A stretch of 64,000 nucleotides of DNA from Chrysomallon squamiferum (lineage: Eukaryota > Animalia > Mollusca): NCBI GenBank assembly GCA_012295275.1, contig CM022676.1:2666001-2730000 (forward strand), in the 5' to 3' direction. The notes under the pieces were generated by a model. The model ran no database searches and had not been told where the DNA came from. It saw only the letters and a list, made by a program, of their open reading frames with translations. Positions 26,255-43,285 of the stretch are shown here, in pieces. The position numbers and the translations under genes were made by a program. Within the stretch, counting starts at the first letter, position 1, and each line of letters begins with the position of its first letter.

Positions 26255-27405
26255 CTAGAAAATATTAATTAAAGAAATCGTTACCGGAATTTGAAAAAAA
26301 TATTAGGCGCTTATTTTTAATTCATTTAATTTACTGCAGCTTCTTTGAGTTTATAACATATTGTATATAAAACAAACCTAATAATGTTCTTTCAGTCTTT
26401 GTCGAAATTACTTATTAATTGTTCAAGCTCTTCATGAAGTGAATAAAATATGTGACTGTTTGTAACTGTCTGCCTCTTTGTGTGTATGGGTTTATGCATA
26501 AGGTTTGTTAATGTGTATGAAAAATTGGCATCTGATTTTGAATTTCCGCAATCATCTTGATTAATACTTCAAGATCTACTTCAGTTTGAATCGTTTTATG
26601 TATTAAAGAGACAGCTTCTTTGCAAAGGAAATTACTCTAGTAAAACTAGGATCTAAAAAAGATACTCAAAACACTGGATTTCTATTTTACCTGCACAAAC
26701 AGCTGTTTCACCATTGATACGTCTTGATATCTGTGAAACATAATAAGAAAAATATACTGGTATCTCATTCAAGTATATTTGGTTTTACTTGCATTGCTGT
26801 AACGAGACAATCACACACTTTGCAGAGGTATTTATGTTAATAGAGCAATGTAAATATTTTATTAGAGGTTAATATATTTTCAATCCTGATACAATTTTGC
26901 AGCAAAATTTACTTTAAACATAAATAATGATATGATATAGTTATGCACTTTGGGCATACTAGTGTCTATTTCGAACAAGGTCTGCAGGTACTTTAGTAAA
27001 TAGATACTGAATATCTCTTATCACAGTAGTAATCAGAAATATTTCAACACACTACTCACGTATGTGTTTCATTTTCATTTTTGCTGTCTGAACCTGTAAC
27101 ATATATGTACAGTTGTATTTTACAAGCTAAATAATAATTCTTACGTTGAAATAATTGGATTGGATTTTCTTTTTTAAACAACCAATGAAAAAAGAAAGAA
27201 ACAATAATAAAAATAAATAAATGCACGCACATGCACACACACACACATACGTATATATAGTTAACGATCAGAAAAAATATTAAAAATAAAAAGTAAGAAA
27301 GAAAGATAATTTTAAAATAAATTATTAAAAACTACAATAAAATAAATACGAAATATTCAAAACAGTAAAACAATATCTAATGAGTGAGTCTAAAATTTAA
27401 CTGAC

Positions 27406-27534
27406 TACGGATGGTGTAACCTCTTCTCCTCAAGATGAACAGAATAATTATTGCAGGAAAGCAGAGCAGAAGTATTCCTACTACCAGACCAATTCCAATT
27501 CCAGTTCCAAGTGTTGCCATGGACGAAGATTCTT
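27406..27534 (-). CDS. Gene 3 transmembrane exon
   Basis: ESSSMATLGTGIGIGLVVGILLLCFPAIIILFILRRRGYTIR; donor a|gtcagt. Confidence 0.8.
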
Positions 27535-27798
27535 CTACAGTGATTATAATAACAAGTTTAACTACATAAATCAATTATCCGCATTTACGTTTAATTTTTT
27601 AATTAAAACTTTCTTCTAAAGATCTTTCCTTAAATAATGCCAATAGTTTCGACAATGTCAAATTCACCAGAACCTGTATACAAGTAATGTAAAAAAGTAA
27701 ACAAAAACACACAGAGAAGAAATAAATAAATAAATGAATAAATATTTTGCTGAAATTGTAAATGAAGAATCGAAAACTATATATATTATTTTACTTAC

Positions 27799-28086
27799 TA
27801 AAAGTAGTACAAACAGTCAAACAGTAACGGCTGTCATTTTTATTTGCAGACCAGTAAATTTTAAAGTGGTAGGAAGAATTGGACTTGAGATGAGAAATGT
27901 GTAAAGAAAAAGTCTTGTCGTGTCTCTTATTGTCTGACACTTGCAGACTGATAGACTGGTCTTCAGTAGACAAGCGTTGTTCGACAGTGAATCTAGTGAA
28001 CTTGTTTGTGTTGTATTTCCACTTGAGATCTGCTGAAGTTTCTAACACATTTGTGCAGTAACACCATTCAGGAGCTGATTCAAGAA
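27799..28086 (-). CDS. Gene 3 FN3 exon
   Basis: LESAPEWCYCTNVLETSADLKW..ISHLKSNSSYHFKIY; 288 nt, phase 1-1. Confidence 0.8.
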
Positions 28087-28282
28087 CTAAAACGTGAAAA
28101 AAGATTTATGTTGTGTTTTAATTTCATCTGCAATTTATATATATATACATTTTAGTAAAACCTGCATATAAAAATTGATACTGGCTAATTCTGATAGGGA
28201 TGGAAGCAACAAAAACAAAGAAATGAAAAATCATTTGTACTTGCTAACAAAGGTCACATGAAAAATGTGGAAATAAAGTTAC

Positions 28283-28543
28283 CTGTAACAATGACACTGG
28301 CAGATCCTGACACTGAAGTGTTAAAAGAAGTTTTTGAAATTGCTGAACACGTGTACTCTCCTTGGTCTGACTGTTGAAATGAGCAGATTTGAAACAGAGA
28401 ACCATCAGTGAGATGTTTTGTACCAGTTCGCCATTCAAATACAACACTGTCTGGATTACTGTCAGCTGTACAGTGTAGTATCACAAGTTTTCCCAGTTCA
28501 ACTCTGATGTGACTCTCTGATAAAATTCTTACTCTGGGTGCAT
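28283..28543 (-). CDS. Gene 3 Ig exon
   Basis: APRVRIL..VILHCTADSNPDSVVFEW..SDQGEYTCSA; 261 nt, phase 1-1. Confidence 0.85.
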
Positions 28544-29485
28544 CTACACAGACTGAAATACAAATATATGTAAAAAGAAGAAAAACAACAACATAATGCA
28601 TGCACAGAAAAAAAAATACAAGAAAAAATACAATTAATCTAAGAGGAAACAGAAAACAGATCACATAGATTGCATTATTTCGCAGAAAACTACTGAGGAG
28701 AAGTGGTAAAATACAGTTAACGTACATTGTTTATTTCTGTTTATTATTTATAAGGATGATGTGAGCATGTTGAAAGCAATATTCAAATATCTTCCTAAAT
28801 TATGTCAATATTATTTACTTATTTACTTAATGTGAAAGTTATAATGAACAAAGAAAACAAACAAAACAACAACATTTAAACAACATAAAATATACATTCG
28901 TATGAAGAGAATTAGATTCAAGTCTCTGTTGTCCACTTCTGTCTGTGAAGAGATTTCCAGCTGTACATTTGTACCAGCCTCCATTGTCTTCCTTTGTAGT
29001 TGTCAGAATTTAAATCCTGTATTTTGAATGTCTGTTCCATTTCTAATCCAATAAAACTGAGCTGCTGCATTTCCTTTACCACTGTCAGGTAAAGAACAAA
29101 TGAAAGAGCATCCTGTGTTTTCTAGCCATGGCTGTTTTGGATCTGATGAAAGTGTTGGTTTGTTTGGAGGATCTATTTAAAAGACTCGTTTTAATTCAGG
29201 TAAGTGGGGGTATTTATCTCTTCTTTTCACTTTTTTTTTCCACATTTTCTCATATAAAGAAGGAGAGGAATATAATTAAATCTGGCTGTATCTGTAATTG
29301 CTCTAAAATTACTATTATTGTTATTTTCTTTGGAGAGTCAGACATGTAGATGTGTTTCTTTCACAGTGTATCTAAACATCTTAATTTTATTCAACTATTC
29401 TCGTTTTAATTGTTGTAAGTTAAATATTTTGTACTAGAAATAAGTATTAATATCGATAGATACATACATACATACGTATACATAC

Positions 29486-29516
<31 letters not shown>

Positions 29517-32045
29517 TGTATACATAGAAACATACATCGATACACTATATATATATATTTAATTTGTGTATATTAAATTATATTAGAGGAATAGTTATTA
29601 AGCTATAGCGAATAATCATGTTTTTACAGTTATTCAATGTTTAGCTAATTAATGTTGGAATATGGTGTTAATTACACAAAAACTAAATAGCAGAGATTAT
29701 GCAGACTCCATGGCTGTTTAGAAGCTGTGTTATATAATTACGGGAATTTCCATTATTTTTATAAACGAAAAAACCCCCAAAACACTGGGATTAACTGAGA
29801 ATAAACATTTAAACTGCAAAGTGAATTCAGAAAGGCTGACTGCAGTTGTTTTATCCACGTGAGAAATATATATTTTGTGTGTGCATATTAACCAGGATCT
29901 TTTGATCAGTGCGCAGTCTTGCGTCACGTTGTCTGAGGGACATGAACGCGGGAGAAAGGATCACTCATGGAATGGTAATTACGTTTAAAGGTCTTTTTTT
30001 TAACATACATTTTGATTGCTAGAAGATAGCCAGGAATATTTTTATTGTTATTCTGTGGTAGTTACTTATGCTTGAAAACTAAGTAAGATAACAAAAAGCT
30101 TAGTTAGAAAGTTAACATAACAAACTGGGCTTATTTAGAACAGTATCTGTGAATGTTTTTGCATTTGAATTATATCGTGAGAATTTTACAATTTATTTAT
30201 TTTTTGTTACCATTGATGGTTAATTTATGTGATACATTAAAAAAAAATAACCCATATTCAATTCTTCTTTGTGTTGTTATCCCCTAGTGGATACATAACA
30301 GTAATTTAGTAGCTTAAGCTTTCTCAGATCATTAATAGCTTGTCACTTGACACTATTGTTTGAAAGAAAGAAAGAAAAGAAAACATAATAAGGAAAACAA
30401 AATTGAAAAATGAAAATAAATAATTTTTACTCTCTTGCTTAGCTAATTCGGAAACGACGGATAACTATTGTAATTATCATTTTCTTTGTTGTTACAAACT
30501 GTCATGTCATTTTGTTATATCATCTTTTTTCTTTGTCTGGAAATAACGATATACAAAGATCCTGGTCTGTTTGTGTCATGAATATATTGATCTTTTTTTA
30601 TTATTATTTTTATTTTTATCTATTACTATATCATTCGAAATGTGTCCTCTTCGATACAGGTTTCTTTTATTTCTTTGTTATCGAAGGAGTAAAACATATA
30701 AATAATTAAAAATGATTTGGTTTCGATTTGGGTGGGTTTAGCTGTGTAAATATATCTTTATGTTATATGTATCAATTCTGTTAAGTCATGTAGTAAGAAT
30801 AGAGAGAGATGCTATTTTAAAACGTAACAAATCAAAGTAGTCACAGAATTATCGTTAGTGAATTACACTCTAAACTCTATTGACAAAAGTTTTTATTCAT
30901 ACTGAATTGGGTTATTTTAAATAATTGTTATACAAAATACAGCAGTAAGTAATACTGTATGCTGGGCTTAGTCTCTTACTTTTCACTATACTATTGAACT
31001 ATATAACGTGCAGCAGTCATTGCTTGACGATTTTCTGTCTAACATTTTAAAAAGCCTTCAGATTGCAATTATTCTCATTTGACATTATACTCATGGGAAA
31101 ACACTTTAATAGTGGTGGGTAACGTAGCTGGGTGGAGATGCTATATCTTCCATATAATCTCCACCAACCTCCTAACAGAATTTCCAGTTATAATTTTAAA
31201 TCAGTAATTACTTTTGTTAACATTTTGTATGCATAGATATATATGTTCATGCGTGTGCATACACTCACAAGCAACACCATGACATACACAAACATAAAAA
31301 ATACATTACATATATACATTCACACCCACACAAATACACCATTACGCTCTAATTGTCAACCTGCCCTTCCATCAGAAATGACGGAAGTACCGTCGTTAAA
31401 GACTTGTACAACGAACGTTATTATATTATTATTATTAAGGTTGTTATAATGACAAAGCAGTATTTGTCAGTGTTTTATTTTTAGTTTAGTTTCTACTTCC
31501 TTGATTACTTTAGATATTTTTAGAAAAATTAAATAATAAAAAAAATTAGTACTAAGTTCTAAGTTAAATTATTAAAACATTAAAAGATAAAAATGTTCAG
31601 GTAGCAGAAAAAAGACAACTAAAAAATGTTAACTGACAAGAATCAGTTTTGTTTTGCATCATCAGTATCATCAAATCTGATCTGAGTTTTCCACTACTCA
31701 AAACTAACCGACAAAAATGATGATTGATTTGACATATGTAGGACATTTTAATTGATATTTTTGTTTCAGATGACAATACATTTTTTTAAATTTAATTTTC
31801 ACTTACCATTAACATTTGCCTTCTCATTTTAACAGGAATTTAGCTTCCAATCAACAAACTAAATTACACGCCTTGGATGCCTTAACAAAATGATTTAACT
31901 AAGATGTATCATTTAAAATTTATAATATTAATTTATTTGCTAACTGAAAATAAGTTTAAAAGATTGATGTTGATCAGTCTCTCATCATTAGTAACTGACA
32001 TTTTAAAGTTTCTGATTTTCTGTTGTGTCTGATTCTTTAGATTTT

Positions 32046-34294
<2,249 letters not shown>

Positions 34295-37260
34295 CTGAAA
34301 ATAAAACATTAAAAGTTTACATCTTTAACATTTATTTTATACATTAGCAGTTACCAGATGTTAATCATATTTATGATCTTATATTAGTATTAGAGAAAGC
34401 TGATCATATTATGGATTACTCATATTTCTTAAACAGGCATCTTCTTAGACCAGATACCAAGTAGAATGCTGTTAAACAAACCAGTAATTTGTATATCCTG
34501 TGAATTTCCAATCAGATATAAAATGATATACATCTAATTTCTCTAAAGAATTAAATTCTAAAAAAAGAAAAGAAAAAAAGATTCAAATGCTGCATGCATT
34601 TCTGTGCCGTTATAATTTACGAGACTCATGTAAAAATATTATAAACATTTCAAATGTTCTTGTTATTTAGAACATTTCAATTGAAAACTTCAATATTTGT
34701 AAGCAAACCCTATAATATTTCTATATCATGTTTCAGAATATTATACACATTATATACATTGCCTTACCTCTTAACTTAGAGAGTGTCTTAGTAAGTGTGG
34801 TTGTTTATATTAGTTAATAGTGATATATAGGGGGTTCATGCATATAGATACTGTGTATAGTTAGAAAATCTAAATAAATATGATCCAAAAAACAAAGGCA
34901 CTGATTATTATTATTATTGGTGGTAGTATTATAGTTTTAATGTTTTATGTTCATCTTCCAAATCTTATCTCAGGAGTATGATTTAAAATGTTGAAAACAA
35001 CTGAAAAACGTATTTATCTGTAAATATGCAGCCCACATCTGTTTTAGTTGATATTTTAAGGACCAGATTTTCTTTTAGATACAAAATGTAACCAGTTTAT
35101 TTATCAATTTTTCAAAAAAGCTCTTCAGTATTGAAAGTGTAGTTTCATTTTTGTTTGTACAGAAGAACAGAACAAGGTTTTACATTTCCAACCAATTCTG
35201 TAATCTGACAGACTGTGAACTAATTGATGTGCCTGACAAAGAGATTATCTGCAACAGAGATGCAGTTTTAGGTGGTGATAAAAAAGAAAATTTGAAAACA
35301 CAACATTAATCAATCTGACCGTATTTTCATGTAATGAAGAAGTTGAAATAAAACAAATAAAATGGGCTGTGAATGTTTTGTATTTAGCTACCAACACCTT
35401 ACATGCAAAACATACCTCACATCAGGAAACAAACTGAGCAATCTGAGTGATTGTTGCCTGCAGCATCTGGAACAAATAAAAACACCCTTTGTGTTATTTA
35501 ACTGTGTAGTAATACTGCTTTAAACTGTTTTCAGTTTATACAGTGAAAGTGAATGTGAGACAAATATCTGCTTTACTCCATAAACAAGTCACACATCTAA
35601 AATGAAAACATTATTTGTGCAACAAAAGCTGATAAGAAAAATGAATAAAATATCTTAATATAGGATTTAAAACAGCAACTGAGAAAATCAAAATACATTC
35701 TTTACATCAAACAAGATTTTAAAAGTTCCACTTTTTAAATTTCAAACAATTCTTTTACACTGCTCCTTGAAAAAATAAAAAATCTTGAACACTTTTTAAT
35801 ATAGTTTTTCTATATAGCTTTATAACTTTTATGATCTACTGTTAACAGCAAGATATTTAAACGTGTCTCTCTCTCTATGCTAGAAAGTCAGTGATTGTAG
35901 TAGTTAAATTTAATTGGATCTGATTTTTAAGAGTAAAAGTAATAATAATTTACAACAGATTTTGTATCTGTTAGAGGATGAGTCGTCACAATATTTACAT
36001 GGGTGAAACTTCATGTTAATTCATTCATTACAATAGCAATTTATGAAGCTGGTCATATTTGTTAACACTACCAATCTACAAATACTTAAACTTTGTGTAA
36101 ATACTATTAATCATGTACCAAATACCAAATATAAAACTTATAACTGAGTTATAACTGCAAATGTTATTAACAGACAACAAGGACAGTAAGACAGTTTTAG
36201 ATGCATCATTTTCAGTGGTTATAACTGGACTGATATGATAGTTAAATATGCTCTTGTCTAGCTGATTGTATTGTAAGTTTATTATTGGACTGTAACATGT
36301 ACATTTTCTGTCCTCTGTTTTGCTATAATGAAATGTGACCTTTCATGGCCATATCGTGTCAAATAGATGTCCAAATGTTATCTGCATCCCTCATAACAAG
36401 CCAGCTTAATTATTCTCAGATACAATTTGCAGTTAGTAATATTAACAAATATCGTAAATTACAATTTTAATATTTAATGTAATCACAAAAAATCTGATAC
36501 ATATCTATAATCATAATAATAATTATTAGTGTTAAAAAAAATTAACAGGAATAAAGTATGGGGTAAAATGTATAATATAACAAAACCAGTCAATGCTGAC
36601 TTAATTAAGAAAATGATTACATCTATTTATTTCATGATGTTTTAGTATCATTATCAAAGTTCAAAACTGAACTGAAGATTATTTTTAATTATATTCACCA
36701 TTATCATTCTATTTAATGTGATCCTTATACTTACATGATTTCAGTTTTGCCTCTGTTTTGTGTGAAACAGAAGATGGAATAAAACACTGTCACAGAAAAA
36801 AATTGAAATACTATCTATTACTTAAATAATTACCAGTTTCTTAAAGGAAAGAGTACTCACTTGTATATATGTATACAAACACTGACTGACTGTGTTGTTT
36901 CTGCTGTTGTAACACAATTTTTAAACTATACGAAAACTATCAATCAATAGAAAAATAAGTAAAAAAGTATACTAATTTCAAAAACAAACACAAACCTAAA
37001 CATAAATCTAAGAATGACATTTCAAAGTAATTTTGAGTAAATATCTTAAAATAAAAAAGTCTGGGTTTCATGCTTTGTATTTAACAGTAACATTATGTCA
37101 TAACTACACCAGCCATGATATAGAACTTTAAACAGTTTAGGTTAAATACGTATATATATTTAGGTATACATATAGATAGATAGATACATAGATAGATGTA
37201 ATTACGTAGACTACTGTAGAGAGGAAAAGACAGACAACACTGCTTCACCATTTCACAGAC

Positions 37261-39005
37261 TTACACGACAAAGAAAATGCTGACTACAACGAGTAACACA
37301 GAAGAGACTACAGCAACGGCAGTTACAGCAGTTTTGTTACATTCACAATCGATGATATTTTCTTTTACAGTCGATGTGACATCTGGCTTGGGAGGCAACG
37401 TTAAATATGTTCATATAATTAATGATTATAAACCAAGTCAGTATCATCCATGATTACATCGAATATACTATCACAATAATTGACTGATATAATTGTTTAG
37501 TCCGTGTATTCAAATTAATTTTCAACTTCAAGGTAAACACAATCAACTTTACTGTAAAGATGTGTTGACAAAATAATTATTTAAGACATTACATACAAGT
37601 GTGTATTATCTATATTTTTATAGCTATCCTCATTATTACATCTAAATCTTATAAATTTAGGAGTAACTGTAAATCTTACTAAGCGGTATAAACCACGAGT
37701 TTCAAACTTGTAAAGTTATCAGCATCAAATAACATAAAATAAAAATATCGTAGTATCTATAATGCAGACTAAAATACAAAAATTTCATATTACTATTAAT
37801 ACCAAGATTTACTTTCAGTGTAAAATAAACATAATGCCTATAAAAAAATATAAAATAATAATAATAAAATTTAAAAATTAAAATGGGAAAATTTACAAAT
37901 ATACTTCCTCGATTGATGAGCTTTTCTGTAATATAAAAACACAAAAAATGTTGAGAAATAAACAATTATGAAAATTATTTTGCTTGCTGAGGTAAATGTT
38001 AAAATATTTATGTTGTAATAGACATTATTGTAAACGATCAAAACACTACACAAATATAAATCTGTCATTTCACAATTATCTTTACCCAATGAATAACACA
38101 GCAATAATTAGAGTGATTTGTATGATATTATTTATACGTCAGCACCAATTGAAATATAATTCTGTATGATCTACTGTCCTGGTACGTTCGAGTTACATTT
38201 TAAACTGAAATGAGTCAGTATTAACATTGTTTACACATAAACAAGACGGTACTTTTCATTTATAAAAAATAAAAATGACATTTAGAAATAAAATAATTAT
38301 TACTTTTATATTGATACAGCATACAAACAAACAGGAAAACAGAAACACATGCAGAAATGCATAGATGAAATGAAACCTGCATACTGCAGAAAGATGCTCA
38401 GCTGCAGAGATTAACAGAAAAATGGAAACCAATTCTAAAACCAAATAAATTGAAATCTTACTTTCAGTATTGATGGTAAAGTTTGCAGAATACAGCTCAT
38501 TATTACCCACAATGCATCTGAACATTCGTGTGTTGTCAGTGAGAGATACAGTGTGATTTAAAACAGAACTTCCTCTGTTCTCACACCCAGATAGTGTAGG
38601 TGGGTCATCTTTGATTCTGTCTGTGTTTGGGTACAGCATCCACTTCATGTCAGCAGCATACTTCCACTGCCACGACCACGACTGTGCTGGGTTACCAACA
38701 TTTCCATTACACCTGAACTCTACAGTTTCACTGATAACATAGGGGCTGAACTCCTTTCTTGGTGTAACGATCATTTCAATTTCACCAGGTTTTGCTGAAA
38801 CAGATAAAAACACGAAGTAAATAAACACTGCTTTTTTTCTGTAATTTAGTTCAATTATATATATATATATATATAGACACAGATAGTTAGACGAAATTTG
38901 TATTATATACAAATATACTTTTTTCGACTAATTTTGAAACGATCATTTCAATTTCACCTGGTTTTGCTGATGTAAAAACACAAAATAAATAAACACTAAT
39001 TTATT

Positions 39006-39048
<43 letters not shown>

Positions 39049-40833
39049 GATAGTTAGACGAAATTTGTATTATATACAAATATACTTTTTTCGACTAATT
39101 TTGAAAAGTAATTGTTTGTGTTGAACATTTTCTTTCTCGCTTATTGACTTAGATATTTTTACACAAGTACAAATAACAGACATAAAAAACATGAACATTT
39201 CACTTTATCTGAAATGACATCTTCACTTACTTTCTCTAGTACTGTTCTATAATCAGTAATAAAACAAGTGAATTCACCCAAATACATCAACAACTAATAT
39301 TATATAAAACCAAGTTTTAACTTACATTTGTTGGTAAAGTTATATCATCAACAACAACAGAAATGAAATTCTCTAAATGCACAACAACTCATAAAAATAA
39401 ATCATGTTTTCACTTACTTTGAATGGTGATGTTATCAGAACTTTCAGAGGAATCTGGACTACCATCAAATGTGGTATAACCAATTATACAGATATATTCT
39501 CCTGAATCACTGCAAGTCATTCCTGTCAGTTGAATCTGGACAAAAGATCCTGATTTGTCATTGTTGTCTGACTTTCCTGTAACTGTTGCTCTTGAACCAA
39601 AGTTGTTTACATCTTTTAAAATAGCTTTACCTCCATTTATTACTGACACAGCAGAAGCTATCGAAACATCAGTACTGGAATTGCTGAGAAGTCTTCTCTT
39701 CACTGATAGAGAATTAATTAAATCAACCTGACTGACAATGTTACCAAGACTACATCTGACTGTCACAGGAACTCCTTCATAAACAGGATGTGGGCTGATT
39801 GTCAGTTGTGCGGCTTCACCTGTAAGTAAACATGAACAAAGAAATAACTCAAAAATGTAATAAACGTTTTCAATGTCAATGTTATATATTTCTTAATCTG
39901 CATAATATGTTTTTCATATAAATCAGAAGAAAACATTAATTTTAATTTAATGAGTTTTCTTCCATATTTCAAATATTTCATCACATAATGTACTGAAATT
40001 AAAGAATTTTTTTAAGTTAAATTCATAGAATAAAAGATTAGTAATGTATTTAAATGAATTTAAAGGACCAAATTTGAAAAAAAAAAATTGAAACAATAAT
40101 ATTCTCAAGAGATTATTTAAAATGCAAAAGATTAATAATAGAATAAAAACATTTTTCGAAATAAAATGTAAATAAAAACATAGTATTTGAGATGAAAGTA
40201 TAATTGACGGGAGTAATATGATTACATTTTCAAACATGCCGATACACTCGGAGAGATAGAGAAAATGACAGACAGACAGACAGAGAGACATAGCCACAAT
40301 ACAAGTAGATTTCATATATATTTCAAAAATAAATTATGTAATGTAACGGTCTGAATGTAGGTATAAATATACTGCAATATCAGTCAGATGACATTGCATG
40401 ATAAAGATAATCAGCTACAAATATAAAACGACCACTCCAGAACTATAAATATATGGCACCCAACACTGCACTTATCCAAACTAAAAATCACTTGTAAACC
40501 CTGTTTATAAAATACTTCCTGGTCTAGTCAAAATGTCTGTGACATACAAGAGTAATACAAGAGTAACAGTCAATGTTAAACTTGAAAACAAAATATAAGA
40601 GACACACCCAGACACACACACACATTACATACAATCAGTTAGATAAAATATAACAATAAATAAAATTAATTTGTTAAACGCATTAATAAAAAAAACAATC
40701 ACTTCCTGTATTTCTCGATAGATCAAAACTGAAGACTTGTATTTAGAGCTAAACAAAAACAAATTAAGTAAAACTCACCAGTTGAAGTCAGTGTTAAACT
40801 TGTTAATAAAATAACAGTGATTACTGTGGACAT
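37261..40833 (-). CDS. Gene 5A: leader + V-like Ig + Ig2 + stalk/hydrophobic C-terminus
   Basis: Exons 40833-40779 (MSTVITVILLTSLTLTST), 39819-39418 (V-like, TVRC..CSDSGEYIC), 38794-38462 (FRCNGNVGNP..WQWK..MFRCIV) and last exon 37412 or 37382 to 37261 (..DCECNKTAVTAVAVVSSVLLVVVSIFFVV*). The homologous last-exon acceptor is AT instead of AG; a cryptic in-frame CAG lies at 37383. Confidence 0.75.
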
Positions 40834-42630
40834 GGTTAAACAATCTAAGAACAACGTAAATGAAGAAGTGTAACAGCAAGCTACTCCCTAGTTACTTTGT
40901 ACAGGTTCTAAATTATGGATCACGTGAACAGTGAGATAAAAAAAAAAACCTATACCCTCTGTGACTGTTATCTCCCCTTTTCTACCAAAAATTTCACAAA
41001 TTAAATCGGCTATTTAACCATAAGTTAGTTTTAAAAAAGTAATTAATCTTCATAAACTGTTGAATGGTGCGGACATTCTGACATACTTGTTAGACACAGA
41101 ACAGGAGATGATTTTGTCTTATTTTAAACAGAGGGCACTAGTCACACTCTGGATGAAAGCAGATACGAAACAACACGAAGAAGAAAGAGAGAAGAGAACC
41201 AAGGGAAAGAGAGAAGAAAGTTAAAGCAAGAAGAAACAGAAAAGAGATTACTTTTATATGTATAATTTATTAATGTTTTAAAAGTATTATAACTAATAAC
41301 TGTTGTCCACTGTTAAACCATTTCAAATCTCAACATAAATATCAGTGTCCTATCCCTAGTTCAAATTTCACATTAAAACACACATTCCAACAAAAAAATT
41401 AAATCACATGGAATTTGTTGTTTTGCTAAGTTTGTTTTTTAAAAAAGCAAACAAGAACTGAAAATCTTTAAAATGATGATCATAATATGATCAATATTTT
41501 AAAAAATCTCCAGTGTAACGTTATGTTAATTCAATTTAAATCAAGTTTTAATGGTAAGGTGAGGATATTTTGTTTAATTAAAATTAAATTTAATATTTCT
41601 TAAATGGTAGAGATTTAAGTTTTCCAGCTGAATAAGAAAAACATAGTTAATGTAAAGATGCACCAATTAAATCACTAAGAAGAATAATTAAAAATTAAAA
41701 ATATAAATAAAAATTAATCAATTAATGAAAGGGAACAAAAATTATGTAAAATAATACATTAAATAAAAACCACACGTAAAAGAACGATCAGAGCGTCTCA
41801 TCAGTAAGGGAAATAAAAAAAACCTTTTATAACTTTTTCTTTCTTTCTTTCTTTATTTATTTATTTTACTTAAATAGGAAGTGGGCTGATTGTCAGCTGT
41901 AAATAAACATGTTTAAACAAACTACTTCAAAATCTAATAAACATGCTTTTCATCATCATTATTTATTTTTTAAACATATTCATTAATTAATTATTCATTA
42001 TCCGACTAGGAAATAATTAAAATTGTCCATGTTAACTTACTCATTACGGTTCATATTTCAAATATGTCTGACTTAAGGTTATGTAAAGAAAGAATTTTTT
42101 ACATAGGATTCAGAGAAAACAAAATCACTAATACTTCTCAACAAATGTATAGACGAAACCGCATGTACATTAGATAGTAACAATTAGATAAAAGAGAATG
42201 ATAAGTAAAAGTGAGCTGTTACATTAGTTTATGAAACACTTCCTGGCTTCCGATAGAGATCAAAACTCAAGCCTAGATTTTGAAGTCAATTTCAAACTTG
42301 TTAATAAAATAACAGATTCTTGTGGACATGTTTATACATACATTTCAAATCTAAACTATATATATATACATATTACACTTTGTGTCATGTAGTTTCACTC
42401 TCTCTCTCTCTTTCTCTCTGTGTACAGATACATTACATATGTATACATAAAATGTACATCATGCAGATAACATCCATGTATATTACACAGATAAATTATG
42501 ATAAAGACACGCATCTATAAATATATAGCAACCACGCGAGAACTACAAATATCAGACCACCCAACAGTGAACTGACAAAAAATTAAAATCACTTGTAAAA
42601 CATTTTTATATAATACTTCCTGGTCTCATC

Positions 42631-42685
<55 letters not shown>

Positions 42686-42897
42686 ACAGACACACAGACA
42701 CGAATATATATTGCAACATCAGTCAGATAACATCGCATGTACCTTGCATAGATAAATTCCGATAAATATACTCAGCTACTATTACATCACAAACATCGTG
42801 AACTATAAATATATGACACCCAACACTGCACTTATCCAAACTAAAAATCACTTATAAACCTGTTTATAAAATACTTGTATTTAGAGCTAAACAAAAA

Positions 42898-43187
42898 CAG
42901 TTGAAGTCAATGTTAAACTTGTTAATAAAATGACAGTGATTACTGTGGACATGGTTAAACAATCTAAGAACAACGTAAATGAAGAAATGTAACACTAAGA
43001 CATAAAAGATAAAAAAAGAAATCAGTTCAAAAACCTATTTATAAAATACTTCATCGTCTCTTCGACATGTCTGTGAAAGACAAGTGTTATAGTTATTAAC
43101 ACATGAACAAAAACAAATAAAGTAGAACTTACCAGTTGAAGTCAATGTTGAACTTGTTAATAAAATAACAGTGATTACTGTGGACAT
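42898..43187 (-). other. Extra family-5 leader exons (43187-43133 intact; 42952-42898 donor lost; degenerate copy about 42329-42281)
   Basis: Repeated ATGTCCACAGTAATCACTG..ACTTCAACTG 55-mer. Confidence 0.8.
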
Positions 43188-43257
43188 GGTTAAAAAATCT
43201 AAAAAAAACGGAAAAGAAGTGTAACATCAACCTACATCATGATCTTAGTTGCTTTAT

Positions 43258-43285
43258 ACCGGATGTAAATTGCGGGTCATGTGAC
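43258..43285 (-). promoter_or_regulatory. Candidate ETS site (ACCGGATGT) + M-box/E-box (GTCATGTGAC) upstream of a leader exon
   Basis: Same pair at 58446-58473; the paralogous promoter has TCACGTGA at 40920-40927 followed by AGATAA. Confidence 0.4.

Larger units (their letters stand above)
26096..29172 (-). pseudogene. Gene 3: 5'-truncated Ig-Ig-FN3-TM receptor with an ITAM
   Basis: Exons 29172-28889 (4-nt deletion, donor lost), 28543-28283, 28086-27799, 27534-27406, 27093-27060, 26730-26691 and 26254-26096 (stop). Phases are consistent from 28543 onward; no upstream exons recognised in 29.2-32 kb. Confidence 0.75.

Noticed and set aside
36155-36210. Possible signal-peptide exon MMHLKLSYCPCCLLITFA for gene 4 (minus strand)
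   Set aside because: No GT donor in the required phase, and a stop follows shortly; cannot be supported.
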